The notes under the pieces: model-generated
Database searches by the model: none
What the model was told of the DNA's origin: nothing
What the model saw: only the letters and a program-made list of their open reading frames with translations
Translations under genes and position numbers: made by a program
Assembly (NCBI GenBank): GCA_903852495.1
Contig: CAINRC010000058.1
Coordinates: forward strand, 37,635-101,634
DNA: 64,000 nt
Reading direction: 5' to 3'
DNA from: an uncultured Geobacteraceae bacterium
Lineage (GTDB): Bacteria > Desulfobacterota > Desulfuromonadia > Geobacterales > Pseudopelobacteraceae
In this document: positions 26,021 to 35,181 of the stretch, in pieces
Position numbering within the stretch: the first letter of the stretch is position 1
Layout of the letters: the number at the start of each line of letters is the position of its first letter

Positions 26021-26972
26021 TGCCAGTCCCCTTTCTCTGCCCGAAAATCTTCCGGTACAGGGCTGGTATGCCACGCACCAGGCCTCCCGGCATGAACATC
26101 ACCATGACCATCAGCAGGGCGCCGTAGATAATGATGTCATAATCATTTACCGCGCGCAGAAACTCAGGCAGCAGGGTCAGCAGTGCGGCACCGAGGAACG
26201 AACCGAAAATGCTGCCCAAACCGCCGATAACAACCATCGTCAGCAGCTCGATGGAGAAATTAAAGCCGAAAGATGCGGGTGATATAAACGTCATGGTATG
26301 GGCATACAGGCTCCCGGCGATGGATGAAATGATCGCGGAAAGGGTAAATACCTGCACCTTCAGAATCCTCGCATTGACACCAAGCACCTGTGCCGCAATC
26401 TCCGAATCATGAACAGCCCGCAACGCCCGTCCGACTCGCGAATTTGCCAGATTCAGGGAAAACAGCATGACCGCCAGAGTAAAAAACCAGATGAGATAAT
26501 AGTTTTTTACATCGGAATCAAAGGTTACCCCGGCAATCTTCAGATTCGGAATACCGGACAGGCCGGACGGACCGCCGGTCAGATCGACCGTTTCATTGAA
26601 GACAATGAAAATGATAATGCCGAGCCCAAGGGTTGCCATGGCAAGGTAATGCCCCTTTAGTTTCAGAACCGGAAAGCCGATCAGGCACGCAATTATGCCA
26701 ACAACGATCGCTGCTATCGGCATGGCAAGCCATGGGTCTATGCTGTACGTGGTCGTCATAATTCCGGACAGGTATGCGCCTAGTCCGAAAAAGCCAGCAT
26801 GACCAAGAGAGATCTGTCCGGCATAACCGAGGAGCAGGTTGAGAGCAACCGCCAGCATGGTGTTGATTCCGACAAACACCAGCACGTTCATCAGGTAGCC
26901 CCCCTTGAACAGTTGGGGAGCAGCGGCAACAAGCAGGGCAAAAGCGCTAAACAGGAGGAGATCTTTTTTCAT
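26013..26972 (-). CDS. livM: Branched-chain amino acid-type ABC transporter permease
   Basis: 319 aa polytopic protein. YAGQISLGHAGFFGLGAY is characteristic of LivM. Confidence 0.9.
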   Translation of the reverse strand: MKKDLLLFSAFALLVAAAPQLFKGGYLMNVLVFVGINTMLAVALNLLLGYAGQISLGHAGFFGLGAYLSGIMTTTYSIDPWLAMPIAAIVVGIIACLIGFPVLKLKGHYLAMATLGLGIIIFIVFNETVDLTGGPSGLSGIPNLKIAGVTFDSDVKNYYLIWFFTLAVMLFSLNLANSRVGRALRAVHDSEIAAQVLGVNARILKVQVFTLSAIISSIAGSLYAHTMTFISPASFGFNFSIELLTMVVIGGLGSIFGSFLGAALLTLLPEFLRAVNDYDIIIYGALLMVMVMFMPGGLVRGIPALYRKIFGQRKGTGNA

Positions 26973-26976
26973 GGCG

Positions 26977-27858
26977 TCAGACCCGCTCCGAATCAGCTTT
27001 ACCGAACAGCCCCTGCGGTCTGATGAACAGAATCAGCAGCAGGATGATAAAGGAAATGGCGTCCTTGTACCCGGACGAGATGAGGCCGGCGCCGAGCGAT
27101 TCGAGAACACCCAGCAGCAAACCGCCGATAACTGTTGAAATGCCGCTGCTCATACCGCCGATAATGGCGGCACAAAACCCCTTTAATCCGAGCATGACAC
27201 CGACATCGTAGGCGGTCATCGTAAGCGGGGCAACAATGATGCCGGCCACAGCTCCCATGGCAGCACTGATGATAAAGGAAAACAGTACCATGCGTTTTAC
27301 ATCGATACCGACGAGGCCTGCTGCCCGACGGTTGTAAGCACAGGCACGCATGGCTTTGCCGCTGATGGTGTGGTAAAAATAGAACTTGTTGAAAACAATA
27401 ATTACCAGGGTAATGGCAAGTATCCAGAGATGCTGGGGCAGAATGGTCGCCCCACCAATGGCAATCGGGGTATCACCGGAAAACGGGGGAATCGCGTGAG
27501 TGTCCTTGCCCCACACCAGCATGGCAAGACCACGAATCAGAATGCTGCCGCCGATGGTTATAATTACCAGGTTGATTGGTGTCGGCTGCCGGAGCGGACG
27601 GATCGCAAGACGCTCAAAGATGACGCCAACCACGGTGGAAATGGCAACTGATACGGGAATAGCAGCCCATAACGGCAGCTTGAGAAGTTGCAGGCTCGAC
27701 AGCGTTAACAGACCGCCCAGCATGACAAATTCACCCTGAGCAAAATTGATGATGCCGGTCGCATTGTAGATAATCGAAAAACCGATGCCGATCAATGCAT
27801 AGATAGCACCGGTAGACAAGCCTGATAACGTGTATTGAAGTATCTGGTTAAATTCCAT
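26977..27858 (-). CDS. livH: Branched-chain amino acid-type ABC transporter permease
   Basis: 293 aa polytopic protein. GIINFAQGEFVMLG is characteristic of LivH. Confidence 0.9.
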   Translation of the reverse strand: MEFNQILQYTLSGLSTGAIYALIGIGFSIIYNATGIINFAQGEFVMLGGLLTLSSLQLLKLPLWAAIPVSVAISTVVGVIFERLAIRPLRQPTPINLVIITIGGSILIRGLAMLVWGKDTHAIPPFSGDTPIAIGGATILPQHLWILAITLVIIVFNKFYFYHTISGKAMRACAYNRRAAGLVGIDVKRMVLFSFIISAAMGAVAGIIVAPLTMTAYDVGVMLGLKGFCAAIIGGMSSGISTVIGGLLLGVLESLGAGLISSGYKDAISFIILLLILFIRPQGLFGKADSERV

Positions 27859-27872
27859 TGCCCCTCATAAAT

Positions 27873-27900
27873 GTAGGGGCGAACGAGTGCCCGCCCCTAC
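27873..27900 (-). promoter_or_regulatory. Intercistronic stem-loop between binding-protein gene and livH
   Basis: GTAGGGGCG-N10-CGCCCCTAC: a perfect 9-bp GC-rich stem in the 65-nt gap. This is typical of mRNA-stabilising or attenuating hairpins after ABC binding-protein genes. Confidence 0.45.
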
Positions 27901-27923
27901 GAAATAAAGCATTTCAGCACAGG

Positions 27924-29069
27924 TTACTTTACAATTGCCCAGTCTTTGTTCTTGATCTCCACCAGGACAAATGCATCCTTACCCAGACCGGCATGATCCA
28001 GGGCAGAGTAGGTAAAGCTGCCGCCTATGCCGGCAAAACCTTTGGTTTTCTCAAGCTGGTCACGGATTGATGCAGCAGAATCAGCACCATTTTCAACGGC
28101 ACTTTTTATCAGCATGACAGCATCCCAGGCATGGCCGCCAAAATGGTCGCCTTCAGCTTTGTAATGTTTCTGGTAATCTTTGACAAAGGACATAAGCGAT
28201 TTTTTCTGTTTGTCGGTGCCCGGCAGCATATCCGCAACCACAACCTTGCCCGAAGGAAGCTTAATCCCTTCGGCAGCGTCACCGGCCAGTTCAATGAATT
28301 TTTTGGATGAAACGCCGTGGCTCATGAACAGGGGCGACTTGATACCTAGCTGGCGAACATTTTTGGCAATAACAGCCGGCCCCGGATTAGTGCCCCAGCA
28401 GATGATGGCTTGGGGATGGGAACCGCGTATTTTGGTCAGCTGCGCTGTCATATCCGTGTCTTTGGGGCCGTAGGTGTCATCAGAGACAATCGTAATACCG
28501 TATTTGGACGCCTGGCTTTTGAGCTGTTCACGCCCGGAAGCGCCAAAGCCGTCAGACACGGTCAAAATAGATACATTGGTCTGCTTGGCTTTCTGCAGAT
28601 ATTCAAAGATTCTCCCCACCGCCAGCGAATCATTCTGAGCGGTCTTGAAAATCCATTTTTTTACCGGATCGGATATTTTGCTGCCGGCAGAACAGGAGAT
28701 CAAAGGAACCTGCTCCTTCTCGGCAACCGGAATTACCGCCATGGTCTCTCCGGTTGTACTTGGCCCGATGATGGCGACGACCTTATCATCCTTGATCAGT
28801 TTTGTTGCAAGCTGCACCGCTTTGGTGGCATCACCGCTTGTATCATAAATGATCAATTCAAGCTTATGACCCTTGACGCCGCCGGCTTTATTGATTTCAT
28901 CAACTACCATCTTGGCGCTGTTGCGCTCCGGTTCGCCGAGAAACGCAGCGGGACCGGTTACGGCGAACAGGCCGCCTATTTTTATCGGGGCTGCGGCAAA
29001 AACATTTGTGGAGAACAGCAAGGTGATTACTGCAATGACAAAGTGTTTAACGGTAACGTTCATAGACAA
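27924..29069 (-). CDS. ABC transporter substrate-binding protein (Leu/Ile/Val-binding family, Peripla_BP_6), copy 2
   Basis: 381 aa with a signal peptide. IKIGGLFAVTGPAAFLGEPE...GDATKAVQLATKLIKDDKVVAIIGPSTTGE. Close paralogue of the upstream gene. Confidence 0.9.
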   Translation of the reverse strand: MSMNVTVKHFVIAVITLLFSTNVFAAAPIKIGGLFAVTGPAAFLGEPERNSAKMVVDEINKAGGVKGHKLELIIYDTSGDATKAVQLATKLIKDDKVVAIIGPSTTGETMAVIPVAEKEQVPLISCSAGSKISDPVKKWIFKTAQNDSLAVGRIFEYLQKAKQTNVSILTVSDGFGASGREQLKSQASKYGITIVSDDTYGPKDTDMTAQLTKIRGSHPQAIICWGTNPGPAVIAKNVRQLGIKSPLFMSHGVSSKKFIELAGDAAEGIKLPSGKVVVADMLPGTDKQKKSLMSFVKDYQKHYKAEGDHFGGHAWDAVMLIKSAVENGADSAASIRDQLEKTKGFAGIGGSFTYSALDHAGLGKDAFVLVEIKNKDWAIVK

Positions 29070-29090
29070 TCTCCCTGAATTCAGTAGTAA

Positions 29091-30233
29091 TTATTTCGCC
29101 AGCGCCCAGTCACCCTTGAGAACCTTGACCATTTCAAAGGCAGAAAGATCGAGGCCGTTATGGTCTTTGGGGGTCATGGTAAAAACGCCTGATATGCTTA
29201 CCAGCTTGCTGGTCTGCTCAATTCCGTTGCGGATCTGTTCAGGGGTCGCACCGGCCTTTTTTATCGCCCCTGTAACGAGCAGAAAAGCATCGTAGGCGTA
29301 ACCGCCGAAGGTAGATGCTTCAACGCCATAGGTTTTTTTGTAGTTTTGATCATAGCCTTTCAGCAGCTTATATTGTGCATCTCCCTTGGGAAGTGCGTCA
29401 TATATGGCCAGTTTTCCGGCGGGAAGCATCACACCTTCTGCTGATTCAGGGCCGGCCAGCTCAATATATTTTTTCGAGGCAACGCCGTGACTCATATACA
29501 GAGGGGTCTTGATTCCGAGCTGCTTGACGTTTTTCGTAATAACCGCAGGACCGGGGTTGGTTCCCCAGCAGATGATGGCATCAGGCTTGATCCCGCGAAT
29601 CTTGGTCAGCTGTGCGGTCATGTCAGTATCTTTCGGACCGTACACTTCGTCAGCGACAATAGTAAACCCTTTCTGCTTGGCCAGTACCTTGATCTGCTCA
29701 CGACCGGAGGCGCCAAAACCATCGGTTACCGTCAGCAGGGCAAAACTTTTCTGTTTTTTCGCGGTCATGTAATTCAGGATTTTTTCAGCAGCAACGTGGT
29801 CATTAGCCGGAGTCTTGAAAACCCACTGTTTTACCGGATCGGTAATTTTGATACCGGCGGCACAGGAAATAAGGGGAATTTTCTCTTTTTCAGCAACCGG
29901 AATAACCGCCATACTTTCACCGGTGGTGCTTGGTCCAATGATGACACTTACTTTGTCGTCCTTGATCAGTTTTGTCGCAAGCTGAACGGCCTTGGTGGCA
30001 TCACCGCCGGTGTCATAAATGACCGCTTCCAGTTTCATGCCGTTGATGCCGCCTTTTTCATTGGCCTCTTTTACCAGCATTTCAAGCGTCTTTTTTTCCG
30101 GCTCACCGAGGAATGAAGCGGGCCCGGTAACGGAGAAAAGCCCGCCGATCTTGATGGTGCCGGATGCCAATGACGCCGTGGCACAGATAAGAATCAAACA
30201 AATACTGCTCAACAGTGGAATCATTTTTTTCAT
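29091..30233 (-). CDS. ABC transporter substrate-binding protein (Leu/Ile/Val-binding family, Peripla_BP_6), copy 1
   Basis: 380 aa with a signal peptide. IKIGGLFSVTGPASFLGEPE...GDATKAVQLATKLIKDDKVSVIIGPSTTGE. Tandem duplicate of 27924-29069. Confidence 0.9.
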   Translation of the reverse strand: MKKMIPLLSSICLILICATASLASGTIKIGGLFSVTGPASFLGEPEKKTLEMLVKEANEKGGINGMKLEAVIYDTGGDATKAVQLATKLIKDDKVSVIIGPSTTGESMAVIPVAEKEKIPLISCAAGIKITDPVKQWVFKTPANDHVAAEKILNYMTAKKQKSFALLTVTDGFGASGREQIKVLAKQKGFTIVADEVYGPKDTDMTAQLTKIRGIKPDAIICWGTNPGPAVITKNVKQLGIKTPLYMSHGVASKKYIELAGPESAEGVMLPAGKLAIYDALPKGDAQYKLLKGYDQNYKKTYGVEASTFGGYAYDAFLLVTGAIKKAGATPEQIRNGIEQTSKLVSISGVFTMTPKDHNGLDLSAFEMVKVLKGDWALAK

Positions 30234-30253
30234 AGTACCCCCAGTGATTGTAC

Positions 30254-30685
30254 CTACATGTTGTAGAGTCTGTTTCCCTCAAGCATATTGAAATTCTGCG
30301 CCTGCAAAGCAGCAATAGCTTTGTCCGTCTCATCAAAGCGGAATATGATGACCGCGTTCCCGCCGCAGCGTTCTACAAATGCGTACATATACTCAACATT
30401 AATTGACTCCCTGTCCAGAGCTTGAAGGATGGCGGACAGGCCGCCCGGACGATCAGGTACCTCAACGGCAACCACTTCCGTCTTGCTGACCGTAAACCCC
30501 TTTTCTTTAAGCACTTCAGAAGCCTTGGCGCCGTTATTCACGATCAGTCTCAGGATGCCGAAATCGGACGTGTCGGCAAGTGAAAGGGCACGAATGTTGA
30601 TACCGGCATCGCTTAAAACCCTGGTGATTTCGGCCAGTCGGCCTGATTTGTTTTCAATGAAGATGGATATCTGTTCAACTTTCAT
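30254..30685 (-). CDS. Tandem ACT-domain protein
   Basis: 143 aa in two ACT-like halves ([28 protein letters not shown]; [28 protein letters not shown]). This is the usual partner of PaaK-like ligases in anaerobes. Confidence 0.85.
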   Translation of the reverse strand: MKVEQISIFIENKSGRLAEITRVLSDAGINIRALSLADTSDFGILRLIVNNGAKASEVLKEKGFTVSKTEVVAVEVPDRPGGLSAILQALDRESINVEYMYAFVERCGGNAVIIFRFDETDKAIAALQAQNFNMLEGNRLYNM

Positions 30686-30711
30686 CCTGAACCTCCTTGA
30701 TGGGGAAACCG

Positions 30712-32016
30712 TTACGCCAGTTTCCGGTTATCAATGACTCGCTGGGCCTTGCCTTCGCTGCGCTGGATCGTTTTTGGTTCTACCAGTTTTGCCGAGCAGG
30801 TAACGCCGAGCATATCCTTAATCTCTTTTTCTACTCTCCGCGACAACGCCTGGAGCACCTTGATCTCATCAGAAAACAGCCGTTCGCTGATCTCAACCTG
30901 AACCGTCAGTGTGTCCAGCGTCCCCTGCCGATCGACAATCAACATGTAATGCGGCTCAATTCCCTCGATCCCGACCAGAACGGATTCAATCTGCGATGGG
31001 AAAACGTTGACCCCTCTGATGATCAGCATGTCGTCGGAACGGCCGCTCATCCGGGCGATGCGAGCGTGGGTCCGGCCGCAAATACATGGCTCGTACGACA
31101 GACTGGTAATGTCACGGGTACGATAGCGGATCAGCGGAATACCCTGTTTGGTGATGGTGGTGATCACCAACTCACCCTTTTCACCTTCCGGCATGAGTTC
31201 ACCGGTTTCCGGATTGATAATTTCCGGGATAAAATGATCTTCCCAGATATGCAGGCCCCGCTTGGCTTCGATGCACTCGATGGCAACGCCGGGCCCCATG
31301 ATCTCGGACAGACCGTAAATGTCGATAGCCGACAGATTCAGTTTGTTCTCGATTTCAGTACGCATCGACTCGGACCATGGCTCCGCGCCGAAAATACCGA
31401 CACGCAATTTCAGGTTTTTGAAATCAACCCCTTCAGCCTGAGACTCTTCCGCCATGAACAGGGAGTATGAAGGGGTGCAGGTAAGTACGGTCGAACCGAA
31501 ATCCTGCATGATCATGATCTGTCGCTTGGTATTGCCGCCGGAGATGGGAATGACGGATGCTCCCAAAAGCTCGGCGCCGTAATGCGCACCCAGACCGCCG
31601 GTAAACAGGCCATAGCCGTAGGCGTTATGGATAATATCACCCTTATGGGCACCGGCCGCGACAAAAGAGCGCGCCATAAGTTCGGACCAGGTTGTAATAT
31701 CCTTCTTGGTGTAACCGACAACAGTCGGTTTGCCGGTTGTTCCGCTGGACGCGTGAATACGGACAATTTCGTCCATCGGCGCAGCAAAAAGACCATAGGG
31801 ATATGAATTACGCATATCCTGCTTGGTGGTGAACGGGAGTTTCTGCAAATCCTGCAGATGAGAAACTATGGATGGTTTTATGCCAGCTGCATCAAAAGAT
31901 GCTTTATAAAACGGTACGTTTGCATATACTCTTTCAAGAGTTGATTGCAGTCGTTTCAACTGCAATGCTTCGAGAGCCGGGCGCGGTAAAGTTTCAAACT
32001 CTTCGTTGAAAAACAT
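30712..32016 (-). CDS. paaK: Phenylacetate--CoA ligase family (arylacetate-CoA ligase)
   Basis: 434 aa. AMP-binding [14 protein letters not shown], PaaK-type C-terminus (RTRDI...[16 protein letters not shown]). Confidence 0.9.
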   Translation of the reverse strand: MFFNEEFETLPRPALEALQLKRLQSTLERVYANVPFYKASFDAAGIKPSIVSHLQDLQKLPFTTKQDMRNSYPYGLFAAPMDEIVRIHASSGTTGKPTVVGYTKKDITTWSELMARSFVAAGAHKGDIIHNAYGYGLFTGGLGAHYGAELLGASVIPISGGNTKRQIMIMQDFGSTVLTCTPSYSLFMAEESQAEGVDFKNLKLRVGIFGAEPWSESMRTEIENKLNLSAIDIYGLSEIMGPGVAIECIEAKRGLHIWEDHFIPEIINPETGELMPEGEKGELVITTITKQGIPLIRYRTRDITSLSYEPCICGRTHARIARMSGRSDDMLIIRGVNVFPSQIESVLVGIEGIEPHYMLIVDRQGTLDTLTVQVEISERLFSDEIKVLQALSRRVEKEIKDMLGVTCSAKLVEPKTIQRSEGKAQRVIDNRKLA

Positions 32017-32038
32017 ACGGAGTTACCTCGTTATAATT

Positions 32039-32614
32039 TTAGACAAGTCCAGCGGCAAAACTTTCCCCGGTATAGCCGTTCACAACAACATCAAGGTGGC
32101 CATCATTAGGGCAAAACAGCAGGCCATGTATCGGTACATCCTTTGGTATCAAAGGGTTATGCCTGATTATCTTGACAACCCGCTCCACATTTTCCACAGG
32201 GTGAGCAAAAATTCCGAGCCACTGCTTCAGATCAGGAATATGAATGTCAATTATGTCGGGAGAGATGCCTCGTTTCACCATATCACTTTTGACGGATTCG
32301 GCATCAATCTCCGCCATGCCGCAGTCCCTGTGACCGATGACAAAAACTTCATCCACACCCAGCATAAAGATCCCGGCCACAAGACTTCGTATGACGGCAC
32401 CTGACATCGGATCTACAATGGTGTTTCCGGCATTTTTAATAACCTTGGCTTCACCCCGCTTAAGTCCCATGGCCTGCTCAAGAAAATCGACCAGTCGTGT
32501 ATCCATGCAGGTGAAGATGGCCAACTGCTTCTGCGGCGACTTGGGAAGCGGCGGAAAAGCGTTCGGCCTCACAAAATTCTTGTTGGCGGTGATGATCGCT
32601 TCAAGCTGCGTCAT
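32039..32614 (-). CDS. Beta-class carbonic anhydrase
   Basis: 191 aa. Zinc and active-site motifs CMDTR (CxDxR) and VIGHRDCGM (HxxC). Confidence 0.85.
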   Translation of the reverse strand: MTQLEAIITANKNFVRPNAFPPLPKSPQKQLAIFTCMDTRLVDFLEQAMGLKRGEAKVIKNAGNTIVDPMSGAVIRSLVAGIFMLGVDEVFVIGHRDCGMAEIDAESVKSDMVKRGISPDIIDIHIPDLKQWLGIFAHPVENVERVVKIIRHNPLIPKDVPIHGLLFCPNDGHLDVVVNGYTGESFAAGLV

Positions 32615-32616
32615 GG

Positions 32617-33195
32617 TCAGAACTCTCGACCCATACGGAAAGCCCGTTTATTGACTTCCAGCGCCTTGGCAGGCACCATCTTTTCCAGAGCTTTCATCCA
32701 AAACTCTTCAGCAATGCTGAGACGTTTGGAGACCGCGCCCAGCAGAACCGTGTTGGCAGCCTTGACGTTGCCGGAATCAGCAGCAATCTTTTGACCGTCC
32801 ACCAGCAGAAAATCTGTGAACTGTGCCTTGATGCGTTCCACCAGCCCCTCGGGATACAGTTCCTGTCCCATCAGTACCGACGGCGGAGATATCTGCAGAT
32901 CGTTGGCCACAACCGTACCGCTTGGTTTCAGAAGCGGAAGCGAGCGGCAGGTTTCCATCAGTTCGAAGCCGAACAGGATATCCCCCTCACCTTCCGGCAC
33001 AATCGGGGAGAAAACCTCCGTGCCGTACCGGACATGGGAAACGACACTGCCGCCCCGCTGGGACATACCGTGAATTTCACTTTTTTTGACATCGAAACCG
33101 GCCAGCATGGCAGCTTCAGAAAGTATTTCTGACGCCAGCAGAATGCCCTGACCGCCAACCCCTACCAGAAGAATATTCTTTATCTGCCCGCTCAT
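32617..33195 (-). CDS. iorB: Indolepyruvate:ferredoxin oxidoreductase beta subunit
   Basis: 192 aa. GVGGQGILLASEIL pyruvate/ketoisovalerate oxidoreductase gamma-type fold. 4-nt overlap with iorA. Confidence 0.9.
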   Translation of the reverse strand: MSGQIKNILLVGVGGQGILLASEILSEAAMLAGFDVKKSEIHGMSQRGGSVVSHVRYGTEVFSPIVPEGEGDILFGFELMETCRSLPLLKPSGTVVANDLQISPPSVLMGQELYPEGLVERIKAQFTDFLLVDGQKIAADSGNVKAANTVLLGAVSKRLSIAEEFWMKALEKMVPAKALEVNKRAFRMGREF

Positions 33196-34952
33196 GGTTT
33201 GCTCCCGATGACATCAAACTTGCACAACTGACGGCAGACATCACAGCCGGTACAAAGCAGCGGATCGATGGAGGCTTTACCTCTTCTACTGCCATCCCCT
33301 GCAGCACGCCACTCAATGGCCGGACAGCCAATTTTCAGGCAGGCTCGACAGCCGGTGCAGCGTTCCTCATCAACGGCATAAACCGGCCCTTTTTGAAAAA
33401 CGTCTTCGCGCTTAATCAGTACGCATGGCTTGTTGGTAATTATTACAGATGGTTCGGGATGTTCCATCTCTTCCGCAATGACCCGTTTGGTTTCTTCCAG
33501 GTCAAGGGGATTGACGATCCGAATATGCTTTACCCCTACCGCCTTGCAGAGAAGCGGAATATTTACGGCATGGGTCGGGTTATCCATCAATGTGAATCCG
33601 GAAGCAGGATTGTCCTGCCGGCCGGTCATTGCCGTGATGCTGTTATCAAGAATAATCACGGTTGCGGGCGAATTGTTGTACACCATATCCATCAAGCCGT
33701 TGATACCGGTATGCAGGAATGTGGAATCTCCTATTACGGCAACAACCTTTTTCTTTTCCTCGGCAGCAACCACTTTGGTAACACCGGTTGCCATTCCGAT
33801 GGAAGCACCCATGCAGACACAGGTATCCATGGCAGACAGGGGCGGCATGAAGCCGAGGGTGTAGCAGCCGATATCGCCGGTGACATATGCCCTGAGCTGT
33901 TTGAGGGCATAAAATACCCCACGGTGTGGACAGCCGGGGCACATATTTGGCGGACGTCCCGGCATTTTTTCAGCCGGTGCGGCGGCGGTCTGGGGAAGGC
34001 CGAAGGCGGTACGAAGCCGTCCAGGGGTCAATTCTCCGCACAGGGAGATGATCTCTTTGCCGATGACCGGGATCCCCATGGCCTTAACCTGGTCTTCAAT
34101 AAACGGGTCAAGCTCTTCAATGACATACAACGTGTCAACTTTGGCGGCAAATTCACGGATCAGGTCGTGCGGCAGCGGGTACACCATGCCCAGTTTAAGG
34201 GTTGAGGCGTTCGGCAGAACCTCCCGGACATACTGATAACAGATGCCTGCGGTTATGATGCCGATGGAAGTATCGCGGAGTTCCAGACGATTAAACGGCA
34301 ATGAAGCTGCCGCTTTGGAAAGATTGATCAGGTTCTGCTCAACCAGAGGATGGCGGACACGGGCGTTACCGGGGAGCATGACAAGCTTGGACGGATTTTT
34401 TTCCAGTTTGGGAAGCGGCAGGTCGGTAACCCGCTGGCCAAGTTCAACAAGCGATTTGCCATGGGAGATCCGGGTGCTGCTTCTAAGCATGACCGGCGAA
34501 TCATATTGTTCGGACAGTTCAAAGCCCAGACGGGTGAACTCCTTGCATTCCCGCGAGTCGGACGGTTCCAGCATCGGTACTTTGGCAAACCGGGCATAGT
34601 TCCGGCTGTCCTGCTCATTCTGGGAAGAGTGCATTTCAGGATCGTCAGCCGCAACCAGTACAAGACCACCCCGTACACCGGTGTACGAAAGGGTGAAAAG
34701 CGGATCGGCCGCGACATTGACACCGACATGTTTCATCGTGCACAGGGCCCGTCCGCCGCCGAAGGACGCTCCAATGGCAACTTCCAGAGCTACTTTTTCA
34801 TTGGGAGCCCAGGATGAATCGATTTCTTTGTACTTGATCGTGTTCTCGAGAATTTCGGTTGAGGGGGTGCCTGGGTAGGCACACGCGACGAGACAACCGG
34901 CTTCATAGGCACCACGGGCGATGGCCTCGTTGCCGGAGAGGATTTCTTTCAT
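33192..34952 (-). CDS. iorA: Indolepyruvate:ferredoxin oxidoreductase alpha subunit
   Basis: 586 aa. TPP-binding GDSTFLHTG and C-terminal double 4Fe-4S ferredoxin motifs CTGCRACLKIGCP and CTGCDVCRQLC. Confidence 0.92.
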   Translation of the reverse strand: MKEILSGNEAIARGAYEAGCLVACAYPGTPSTEILENTIKYKEIDSSWAPNEKVALEVAIGASFGGGRALCTMKHVGVNVAADPLFTLSYTGVRGGLVLVAADDPEMHSSQNEQDSRNYARFAKVPMLEPSDSRECKEFTRLGFELSEQYDSPVMLRSSTRISHGKSLVELGQRVTDLPLPKLEKNPSKLVMLPGNARVRHPLVEQNLINLSKAAASLPFNRLELRDTSIGIITAGICYQYVREVLPNASTLKLGMVYPLPHDLIREFAAKVDTLYVIEELDPFIEDQVKAMGIPVIGKEIISLCGELTPGRLRTAFGLPQTAAAPAEKMPGRPPNMCPGCPHRGVFYALKQLRAYVTGDIGCYTLGFMPPLSAMDTCVCMGASIGMATGVTKVVAAEEKKKVVAVIGDSTFLHTGINGLMDMVYNNSPATVIILDNSITAMTGRQDNPASGFTLMDNPTHAVNIPLLCKAVGVKHIRIVNPLDLEETKRVIAEEMEHPEPSVIITNKPCVLIKREDVFQKGPVYAVDEERCTGCRACLKIGCPAIEWRAAGDGSRRGKASIDPLLCTGCDVCRQLCKFDVIGSKP

Positions 34953-35113
34953 GTGACGTTTCCTTGGTACAAATTGAGCGTTCTGAAATAATGGCGTCGG
35001 ACTATACTAAAAATGCCGTGAAAATGCAATTTGTTTGAGAAATTCAGCATATCTGGAACCATATTCTGCTCCCATCAAAAATGAGTAATAAACGACAGTC
35101 ACCCCCTCTCTGC

Positions 35114-35142
35114 TTGACAAATTGCTCTGACGGGGACAATAT
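35114..35142 (+). promoter_or_regulatory. Candidate sigma-70 promoter of nadB
   Basis: TTGACA (35114-35119), N17, CAATAT (35137-35142), about 40 nt upstream of the nadB ATG. Pattern match only. Confidence 0.4.
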
Positions 35143-35181
35143 CCGCGCTGCAATGCCCACATAATTCCGGAAGGGACAACA

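Noticed and set aside
28410-30116. Two similar plus-strand ORFs (222 aa at 28410-29078 and 209 aa at 29487-30116)
   Set aside because: They resemble each other only because they are the antisense frames of the two duplicated binding-protein genes. They are not independent evidence of coding.
30697-34205. Plus-strand ORFs of 257 aa (30697-31470) and 270 aa (33393-34205)
   Set aside because: They are antisense to paaK and iorA respectively and have no motifs.
35046-35061. Sigma-54-like -24/-12 element (TGGTTCCAGATATGCT on the minus strand) about 95 nt upstream of iorA
   Set aside because: The GG-N10-GC spacing is right, but only about 9 of the 12 specified (non-N) consensus positions match. 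The segment is part of an imperfect palindrome that gives a similar off-by-one match on the other strand. This is not enough to call a promoter.
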